A stretch of 64,000 bases of DNA, taken from positions 27,018 through 91,017 of the forward strand of contig CAZJDZ010000001.1 of NCBI GenBank assembly GCA_964544935.1, given 5' to 3'. This DNA comes from an uncultured Candidatus Saccharibacteria bacterium. Lineage in GTDB: Bacteria > Patescibacteriota > Minisyncoccia > Phycocordibacterales > UBA5272. Positions 28,201-35,493 of this stretch are shown here, one piece after another. Positions within the stretch are counted from its first letter, which is position 1. Each line of letters starts with the position of its first letter. Made by a program: the position numbers and the translations under genes. The notes below the pieces were generated by a model. The model worked only from the letters and a program-made list of their open reading frames with translations, was not told the origin of the DNA and searched no databases.

Positions 28201-28740
28201 TTATTCATCTTCACTAATCATATCCATGATAGCGAGCACTTCACCAGTATAAGGAGGTTCTACTGAACCGTTATAGTAGTAAAGCTTCTCTTCTGTAGAC
28301 TTTCCGGCATAGTATCGTGAAGTGTTCTTGTTAGCACCTCCTAGATTTTTACCGAGAGATTCGATAGCTTCTTCATAACTATTGAAGTTATGGCCAAGCT
28401 TACACGATCCCCAGCCAAAGGCATTATACCCACAGGCTTGCTTACCACCAGAAGATTCGCGAACACCGATAGCTGGAAGAAGTCTCCAGTCGAGACCGTA
28501 TTTTTCAGCAACAAGTACGAATGTCATACCTGTTCCTGCAAGAGGCATACTACGCTGTTTGAAGAAATGGTTAATTGCTTCTGCGCGCTCTTTACGGACG
28601 TCTTCAATCGAAACGATTTCCTTTGTTACAGGCTTTGCTTCGAGTGAACCAATATGTGAGGTAACTGAGACACTTGGGATGGCCATGAATGGCACAAACG
28701 CGAGCATCATCTGAGTAACCTTATAGATTTTGTGTGTCAT
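28201..28740 (-). CDS. secreted peptidoglycan-hydrolase-like protein (lytic transglycosylase/glucosaminidase-like core)
   Basis: N-terminal signal/TM segment; AEKYGLDWRLLPAIGVRESSGG resembles SLT-type catalytic Glu-Ser motifs. Confidence 0.45.
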   Translation of the reverse strand: MTHKIYKVTQMMLAFVPFMAIPSVSVTSHIGSLEAKPVTKEIVSIEDVRKERAEAINHFFKQRSMPLAGTGMTFVLVAEKYGLDWRLLPAIGVRESSGGKQACGYNAFGWGSCKLGHNFNSYEEAIESLGKNLGGANKNTSRYYAGKSTEEKLYYYNGSVEPPYTGEVLAIMDMISEDE

Positions 28741-29139
28741 GATTGTAGTGATTACGCTTCACCAACGTGTCGTATCTGGAATTTTTGCGAAAAATAAAAT
28801 ACCTACTCGGTAAATTATTGACTTTCCACTTTATTATTGTGTAATGTAATTATAGCACCTATTGGATCAAAAGTCAAGCATTACACAACAAAATATACTA
28901 TATTGTCAATATGCAGTTCCTAAAAAACCTTATTTTATATAGATAATTTGCAAAATAGAAAAAAACGTGTTATTATCCAATTTACCTAGTTTTCCTTACT
29001 TTTATGCGAAAACTAGTAATTTTATACGGCCTCATCGTCTATCGGTTGGGCGATCAGTAGATCGTGCCGAGAGGCTTAGCAGGTTCCTGTGTCCTGATGT
29101 AAAATACACAGTACACAACGTTTCTTTAATAAAAAATAC

Positions 29140-29211
29140 GGCCTCATCGTCTATCGGTTAGGACACAGGCTTCTCATGCCTGGAAGCGGAGTTCGATTCT
29201 CCGTGAGGTCA
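29140..29211 (+). tRNA. tRNA-Glu(CUC)
   Basis: Manual fold: GGCCTCA acceptor; D-arm GTC..GAC; anticodon arm CAGGC-TTCTCAT-GCCTG; T-arm CGGAG-TTCGATT-CTCCG. Closely resembles E. coli tRNA-Glu. Confidence 0.75.
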
Positions 29212-29367
29212 CATCAACAAAAATACACAGGTAATTCCTGTGTATTTTTGTTGACGGTGATCAATAGAAGCAAAACACCTGCGTGTTTTGCGGGAGAATC
29301 GAATGGGGCTCGCGGGACTTTATCGAGGAGTTCATGACGAGAAGTCCTGTGAGCGATTCTCTGTGAG
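29207..29367. repeat. 161-bp direct repeat R1, 100% identical to R2
   Basis: Starts at the tRNA-Glu 3' end. Contains a terminator hairpin and one copy of the conserved ~70-nt element. Confidence 0.9.
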
Positions 29368-29595
29368 CCAATATGAATTGCTTCTTGTGCGTGGAGAATC
29401 GAATACGGGCGAGTCAGCAGACGAACTAGCAAGTGAGTGTCTTGGATCGAGTGTCCTACGTGATTTCGCGAATCTGCTTCGAGCATAGCGAGGCAGATTT
29501 GTGACCGATTCTCCTTGAAGTCATCAACAAAATTTTAACCTGATTCTATTTAAAGTAAATATCGCCAAGCAGTTTCCTGCTTGGCGATTAGTTTG

Positions 29596-29868
29596 TCAGT
29601 CATGGTAGTTAGAAACGGTCGCTTTCATATTCCACTGATCATTTTCATGATCCCAGCGGAAGACTGCGAGTTCCTCAACCGAGTAACTGAGTTTAGATTT
29701 TGCCAGTTGGATGGCATTGTCCAAGGTGCCTTCAAAGTCAATGGCGCAATCAAACCTGCCACCACTCACTCTGATGTACGAGGTCGGGTAGTACCCAACC
29801 TCGTCGTCGTAATCCATACGACTAATTACATACTTTTGTACATCCGTGTTCTCCGTGGGTGCGGCCAT
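29596..29868 (-). CDS. hypothetical 90-aa protein located between the R1 and R2 repeats
   Basis: Clean ORF with its own terminator hairpin (29552..29580, atcgccaagcag-tttc-ctgcttggcgat). Confidence 0.45.
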   Translation of the reverse strand: MAAPTENTDVQKYVISRMDYDDEVGYYPTSYIRVSGGRFDCAIDFEGTLDNAIQLAKSKLSYSVEELAVFRWDHENDQWNMKATVSNYHD

Positions 29869-30085
29869 GATCAGTCTCCTTGCTTTTCAGCAAGATGACT
29901 AATCAAAGACCTTTGATTAATGAAATCATTCTTGCAATATATAAAAGCAAATATAGTATAACATACTATATCATTTTGTCAAATTATTATGTGATGTAAT
30001 CAGTAGTGAACTAAAAATTAACACATGTTGAAACCCCCTAACCCCCTTACCATCCCACCAACAATTTCCAATTTTGTACCCCTAG

Positions 30086-30246
30086 GGTCACATCAACAAA
30101 AATACACAGGTAATTCCTGTGTATTTTTGTTGACGGTGATCAATAGAAGCAAAACACCTGCGTGTTTTGCGGGAGAATCGAATGGGGCTCGCGGGACTTT
30201 ATCGAGGAGTTCATGACGAGAAGTCCTGTGAGCGATTCTCTGTGAG
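30086..30246. repeat. 161-bp direct repeat R2
   Basis: Identical to 29207..29367. Confidence 0.9.
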
Positions 30247-30344
30247 TTCACAAATACAAAAAGCACTATATATTAATAACATTTTTTGTTTTGACTTGTA
30301 GTACTGCTATTGACAATTATATACTTTACGTGTTATAATAATAA

Positions 30345-30662
30345 TTGGTCATTCATCCATATCTACGGAGAGTAAAAATGCAAATGCGTATTGGCAATAT
30401 TGTCATACTACCTGCTTTAATCTTTGGATTCTTTGATATGCTGTGGCGTGGCAAAGGATTCGCTCAGAGTCTTTCCTTCACAAGAAAAGCTGTTTGCTGT
30501 TTGTTTTGGGATGAAGATACAGAACGACGCATAAAGCGATTTTGTTCGAAGGTAAACTCTGGATGTACAAAGAGTATTGCTTACAGACAAATCCACAAGA
30601 GGCGTGTCGCCTATGCATCTGAGGTGTACGAGCTCCTAGAGCTCCATCTCATGGTCAAATAA
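30345..30662 (+). CDS. hypothetical small protein
   Basis: ORF followed by the terminator CCACCGAA...TTCGGTGG + T-run (30670..30712). Confidence 0.4.
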   Translation: MVIHPYLRRVKMQMRIGNIVILPALIFGFFDMLWRGKGFAQSLSFTRKAVCCLFWDEDTERRIKRFCSKVNSGCTKSIAYRQIHKRRVAYASEVYELLELHLMVK

Positions 30663-30823
30663 CATCATCACCACCGAAAGCCACCGCGCGTTCGGTGGTC
30701 TTTCTTTTTATTATATTGCAGTGCTAATTTTTAACTGCAATTCACTAAACCCCCTTACCACCCCCACCAACGATTTCCAATTCTTTAGCCCTAGGATCAT
30801 AGATTAAATTTGTATATACTTAT

Positions 30824-31117
30824 TTGCATATGTTTGGAGCACCACAACCGCCAAGTCAAGAGAAAGAGGATTTTTCAGTATTAGCAAATAAAATAGAAGC
30901 AATCGCCCAGCAATATAAAGACAGTGTTTTTTTACCAAAACTCATACGAGTACTTCGTGACGGTAATAGATATGGAGCAGAAGTATTTATTAATAATGAA
31001 TCTGATAAATTTAGATCGTTTGGAAATGATCTTATCATACTTCTAATACAGGATTTTTACGGTGGTTCAGGAAGTCCATGGTTCACAACCGAAAGAAAAC
31101 TTAAAGAACAGAAGTAA
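30824..31117 (+). CDS. hypothetical small protein
   Basis: 97-aa ORF preceded by a 50-bp repeat (30747..30795, copy of 30036..30086). Confidence 0.4.
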   Translation: MHMFGAPQPPSQEKEDFSVLANKIEAIAQQYKDSVFLPKLIRVLRDGNRYGAEVFINNESDKFRSFGNDLIILLIQDFYGGSGSPWFTTERKLKEQK

Positions 31118-31288
31118 AACTGTGAAATTCTCTAATATCAGTAATTGTAAATTTGCAATTCATTTGCCCTACGAATGTGGTGACACCTTCGACTGAACTG
31201 TGTACAACACCTGCCGAAGGCCACCGCGCGTTCGGTGGTTTTCTTTTTTACAACCTAACCATCCCCTCATGCTATAATTCATTCTAAT

Positions 31289-31543
31289 ATGATTGACCCA
31301 GAATTAAAAAAACACCTTGAAACAATTGAAGAAGAGCTAATAGTTCTTCGCAAAACTTCAACAGGATTCTCTTCTACATTTATGCGGGGACTTGTCTACG
31401 GAGGAGGATATGTCGTTGGTGCTGTATTTGTGGTGATTATTGTTGGTTGGATTTTAAATATTATTGGAGTTATCCCTGCGCTGAGCAACTATGCTACAGA
31501 ATTCCGTACAGCACTAGAGCGAATAGGCGGACCAGTCAAATAA
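31289..31543 (+). CDS. small membrane protein
   Basis: 84 aa with a C-terminal TM segment GAVFVVIIVGWILNIIGVIPAL. Confidence 0.45.
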   Translation: MIDPELKKHLETIEEELIVLRKTSTGFSSTFMRGLVYGGGYVVGAVFVVIIVGWILNIIGVIPALSNYATEFRTALERIGGPVK

Positions 31544-31879
31544 CTAGAGATTTTTATACTTCAGTTTTCTTTCTTTGGTGTACATATACCAAGGTTTTGC
31601 TGGTGCGCCATTCATAAAATGAATAACAGCAATGTAGGTATCTAAGACACATGGATCCTGCCTCATGCCAGTAATCTTGGAGAGTTTTGTATACAATGTA
31701 AAAGCATTTTTATCTTTCAATTGTAGAGGCTTTGTAATACCAAGCATAGCAAAATCACGAATCATGGCAGGACCAACGTTAGGTATATCTGCTAACTTTT
31801 TTACCTGATCTACTCGAGAGGCTTTCATACTAAAAGTATACCGTGAACAGCTGCCATCGAAAAATGTTATACTATGCAT
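31544..31879 (-). CDS. helix-hairpin-helix domain protein (Cdd1/pathogenicity-locus-like)
   Basis: IPNVGPAMIRDFAMLGITKPLQL...FMNGAPAKPWYMY; the start is probably at MKASRVDQ. Confidence 0.45.
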   Translation of the reverse strand: MHSITFFDGSCSRYTFSMKASRVDQVKKLADIPNVGPAMIRDFAMLGITKPLQLKDKNAFTLYTKLSKITGMRQDPCVLDTYIAVIHFMNGAPAKPWYMYTKERKLKYKNL

Positions 31880-31893
31880 ATAATATTTTGTAT

Positions 31894-32043
31894 ATGAACA
31901 AAGCCGACAAAAAATGTATCGTCTGTAGAATTGACCTCAATACTCAAAAAAGTTTTAAGGAGCGAGAAGACTGGGAAACAGTAAAGTTCTGTAGTAGTAA
32001 ATGTAGAAAAGCTGGCGCAGAAAGACGTGGGAAAAGAAGATAG
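31894..32043 (+). CDS. DUF2256-type zinc-ribbon mini-protein
   Basis: MNKADKKCIVCRIDLNTQKSFKEREDWETVKFCSSKCRKAG matches the C-x2-C...C-x3-C DUF2256 pattern. Confidence 0.55.
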   Translation: MNKADKKCIVCRIDLNTQKSFKEREDWETVKFCSSKCRKAGAERRGKRR

Positions 32044-32129
32044 CTACAAGTCCTTGGTAGACTAACTATATTGAAGTATATTTATATTGTACTGCTACAG
32101 ACTACTAACTATTAGCTAAATGCCAGACA

Positions 32130-33074
32130 TTATTCCACTATTGGTTTAATTTCTTCACCAAATACTTTTGATATCCCTTCTGCATACTGTGCAATATGTT
32201 CCTTAAAAAGTGCAGGGTGTGCTTTTTGGATTTTACCAACTATATAATAAGCAATTGCTATCATCGCTCCGTAACCAGCATCTTCTGGAAGAGGAATATT
32301 CATTCTATTCTCTTCGCTCCCCCATGTTGTATTATCGTATCCAAAACTAAGAAAGAGTTCATGTGAAGGCACAACTGTGGTTGCATGTTTTACATATTCA
32401 GATGTTTCTACATCACGAGCAATAGCACGTCCAAAAAGTTCAATAAATTTGATCTGGATCATGCGAACAACTCCTGAGAACTGTGTTGGAACAATAACAT
32501 AGTACTTGTCATATGACGCTAACTTTGAGAAATCAATCGTATCAATTTTTTCTGTAATGAAATGAGAGATAGTTTGAGGATTTTCATGTGTCGCACCAAG
32601 AATCATTCCAAGATATGTTGATGTGTTGTAGGTATATGGTTCACGATTTTTTGGAAAAATATATTCACTGTCACCGTGAGCAATATCAAGTAAACGAGAT
32701 GCTTCACTATCTTGCGTATTAGTAATGAGCATCACAGATTTTCCGAGCTCTTTAGCACGTCGTGCGATGATCGGAGCATGCTTTGCACCAGAAGCTGAAA
32801 TGAGAACTACTCCATCAATTGCAGGAATATTCTGTAGTTTACTTTCATATGTGCTCTCTGATGCGAAAACAGCATCTGTTTTTTCAAAGAGAATTTTTCC
32901 TGTTGCTTCAGCATTTCCTGAACCAACAACGAGTGGTCGCTTGAACTTAGTAAGATCAACCTGTGGAAGTGTCTGCTTTTCAAAAAGTTCAAGTGCCCCA
33001 AGCACAACAGTATCGAGGTCAGGAATATTTTCAAGAGTAAAAGTATTTAGTGTTTCAAGAGATGATTCGTTCAT
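32130..33074 (-). CDS. SIS (sugar isomerase) domain protein
   Basis: VVGSGNAEATGK ... DGVVLISASGAKHAPIIARRAKELGKSVMLIT is a typical SIS phosphosugar-binding motif. Confidence 0.5.
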   Translation of the reverse strand: MNESSLETLNTFTLENIPDLDTVVLGALELFEKQTLPQVDLTKFKRPLVVGSGNAEATGKILFEKTDAVFASESTYESKLQNIPAIDGVVLISASGAKHAPIIARRAKELGKSVMLITNTQDSEASRLLDIAHGDSEYIFPKNREPYTYNTSTYLGMILGATHENPQTISHFITEKIDTIDFSKLASYDKYYVIVPTQFSGVVRMIQIKFIELFGRAIARDVETSEYVKHATTVVPSHELFLSFGYDNTTWGSEENRMNIPLPEDAGYGAMIAIAYYIVGKIQKAHPALFKEHIAQYAEGISKVFGEEIKPIVE

Positions 33075-33173
33075 ATGTATAACTATAATACTTTTAATAA
33101 TAGCACATTCTAGATATGAAAAGGCCTCCCTTGTGGGGAGGTCTTCTAGAACTTCTGATGTCTCGTGTAGTTC

Positions 33174-33587
33174 TTACGCGAGAGCAGCTTCGGAGTCACC
33201 TTGATGATTGTCTTGGTGGCGACCTTGGGAGGTGAAACCGTCTTGCATCTTCATCCGGTCGAGGAAGTCGTCGGCTTGGCTCCATCCGCGCGCAGGCTTG
33301 TTCCTGTCGTTGTGACGGCACACCTGCCGATCGAGCTTGTCCATCAGTTGATCGATGGCAGCATAGAGATCTTCGTGCGATTGCTCGACGAAGATGTCCT
33401 TGCCCTTGACACGGAAAGTGACTTCAGCCTTCTGGAGGCGGTCCTTCCCCTTCATCTTCTCCACCGACAACAAAACGTCGATGGAGACCGCTTCGAGGTG
33501 GCGAGTCGGGCGCTCCAACTTGTTCAAGACGTACTCGCGAAGTGCCGGGGTCACCTCGAGATGGTGTCCACTAATGCTCAGGTTCAT
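33174..33587 (-). CDS. hpf: ribosome hibernation promoting factor (HPF/RaiA family), encoded in a ~58% GC island
   Basis: [24 protein letters not shown]...[10 protein letters not shown]...[22 protein letters not shown] aligns with E. coli HPF; a terminator hairpin lies at 33118..33150. Confidence 0.8.
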   Translation of the reverse strand: MNLSISGHHLEVTPALREYVLNKLERPTRHLEAVSIDVLLSVEKMKGKDRLQKAEVTFRVKGKDIFVEQSHEDLYAAIDQLMDKLDRQVCRHNDRNKPARGWSQADDFLDRMKMQDGFTSQGRHQDNHQGDSEAALA

Positions 33588-33907
33588 TCTTCTGCTCCTG
33601 TTTTCACTGTAGATATTGAAAGGGCAACAACCTGTTTAACTGCTCGGAGTAAACCAAGCCGACTAACAAGTTGATAGAATACTACCACAAACAAACAGTA
33701 ACGTCTACATGAAAGGTGGATAAGTACAGGATGCTGTAGCTCAAGAAGCTTGGCTTCGAAGACATCCGAAGCTAGCAAGCGTAGGATGCTGTAGCTTGTA
33801 GCTGAAATTCTACGGGTGCAAATTAAACACAAATGCGTGACGCCTACGGCGTCACGCATTGTATTGTATGTAAGCTAAAGGCTACAAGCTAACAACTAAA
33901 AACTTCT

Positions 33908-35188
33908 TTACCTCTTCAGCCACTCATCCTCTTGCCTTACAAGAACCGCTCGTGGGTTATGGTTCTTCGCAAGAATCATAGTAATTGCACGCTCCATACG
34001 CATACTCTGAGAACCTTTTACATACACAACATCTCCTGGCTCAAGCATTTTCACAAGTTCTTTACCTGCGTCGATCGACGTATCACACATCATAATGTTC
34101 TCGTCGAGCATTTTTTCATCAAGCGCACCTTCTGCGGTTACTCGAGATCGTATACCAACAGTAAAAAGTCTATGGCAAGCACTAGCTGCTATCTTGCCAA
34201 TTTTATAATGCTCATCACGTGTATGCTCCCCGAGTTCTAGCATGTCTCCTAATACTGCAATCTTACGACCTGTTGTATCAATTTCAGCAAGTGTCTTAAG
34301 TCCATGCTCTGTTGCTTTTGGTGAAGCGTTGTACGAATCGTCAATAATTACCGTCTGATTCATTCCCTGAAGAAGACGCATGCGGCCTTTTGGTTTTATT
34401 TCATCACGTAAAGATGCACAGGCGATAGGAAGTGGTATCGCAAGAAACTGAGCAACCAAGAGCGCAGGAAGAGCACAATATACAGGAGACTTACCAGCAA
34501 CCTCAGGAAGAACAAGATGCTCTGTTGCTCCACGAGAAACAATAGTTGCTTCAGTTCCTTCAAGAGGACGACCGTATAATTTAATAGCAGTTGCTTGCAT
34601 GTCTGCATATTCATGAATACCAAAACTTACCTTTTGCGCTTTTGTTTTTTCTAGAAGCTTCTTAGAGTCGTGATCATCACTATTATAAATAAATAATCCG
34701 TTCTCCTGTAGAGCACTTACCAAATAACCTTTTTCTTCGATCACAGCATCACGGTCTGCAAAAAATTCTATATGCACCGGAACTTGTCCAAACTGTGTCA
34801 CTACTGTGATATTTGGTTTTATCCATGTTGTAATAGACTTAATATCTCCTGGTCTATCTGCCCCTATTTCAAGTACAAGGTGTGTTGGGTATTCTTTAGA
34901 AAAAGCAACAAAAAAACCTCGAATGATAATCATTATCCATTTGAACGGATTATTCCATCCTGATTTTTCTCCAAGAATTGTAAGTGGCACCCCGAATTCG
35001 CTATTCATACTCTTCTCGCTACGACGCACATGCACATGATCCTTCATAACAGCGTAGATTGCATCCTTTGTTGAAGTCTTGCCAAGATTTCCTGTAACAC
35101 CGATGATGAATGGTTTATGTCGAGCAAGAACTGCTTTTGCTTCCCATGTAATTGCGAGTAATGTGATGCGTTTAATAAAGTCTTTCAT
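33908..35188 (-). CDS. murF: UDP-N-acetylmuramoyl-tripeptide--D-alanyl-D-alanine ligase (Mur ligase family)
   Basis: IIGVTGNLGKTSTKDAI P-loop and C-terminal DDSYNASPKATEHGLKTL. Confidence 0.75.
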   Translation of the reverse strand: MKDFIKRITLLAITWEAKAVLARHKPFIIGVTGNLGKTSTKDAIYAVMKDHVHVRRSEKSMNSEFGVPLTILGEKSGWNNPFKWIMIIIRGFFVAFSKEYPTHLVLEIGADRPGDIKSITTWIKPNITVVTQFGQVPVHIEFFADRDAVIEEKGYLVSALQENGLFIYNSDDHDSKKLLEKTKAQKVSFGIHEYADMQATAIKLYGRPLEGTEATIVSRGATEHLVLPEVAGKSPVYCALPALLVAQFLAIPLPIACASLRDEIKPKGRMRLLQGMNQTVIIDDSYNASPKATEHGLKTLAEIDTTGRKIAVLGDMLELGEHTRDEHYKIGKIAASACHRLFTVGIRSRVTAEGALDEKMLDENIMMCDTSIDAGKELVKMLEPGDVVYVKGSQSMRMERAITMILAKNHNPRAVLVRQEDEWLKR

Positions 35189-35199
35189 GAAATAAGTTT

Positions 35200-35480
35200 A
35201 AACTAGTTAATGATACTCTCCAGTTTACCACAAGGAAGGGTCGTGCTAGAATGAAAACCACCAAGGGCACTTGCAGTATTTGTAGAGCGACACTGATCTA
35301 AGTTCTGCAATAAAGGTTCCTGTGGTCAATGATCAGCCTAAGGTCAAGGGTTCCAGTAAGTCGTAGTCGGCAGGAACTTGTACACACTACCTTGACTGGC
35401 TTGGTAAGCCTCCTTAGGAATAGGAAGTGAAAGCAACCAGGGCACGACTCTTGCGAGTCGTGCCCTTTTTTATTTCTGCG
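35200..35480 (+). ncRNA. candidate structured ncRNA ending at an intrinsic terminator (possibly SRP-RNA-like; unverified)
   Basis: Intergenic region of 300 bp that is locally GC-richer. A perfect plus-strand terminator gggcacgactc-ttgc-gagtcgtgccc+TTTTTT sits between two minus-strand genes. The GGAAUAGGAAGUGAAAGCAACCAGGG stretch is loosely like SRP domain IV. Confidence 0.3.
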
Positions 35481-35493
35481 ATCTCAAGAGAAT

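Noticed and set aside
29207-30246. CRISPR array
   Set aside because: There are only two copies of a 161-bp repeat with a 718-bp spacer containing an ORF, and no short regularly spaced repeats. No cas genes are present in the window.
33584-33859. 91-aa minus-strand ORF after hpf
   Set aside because: It overlaps the intergenic repeats and terminator hairpins between hpf and murF, and has no RBS.
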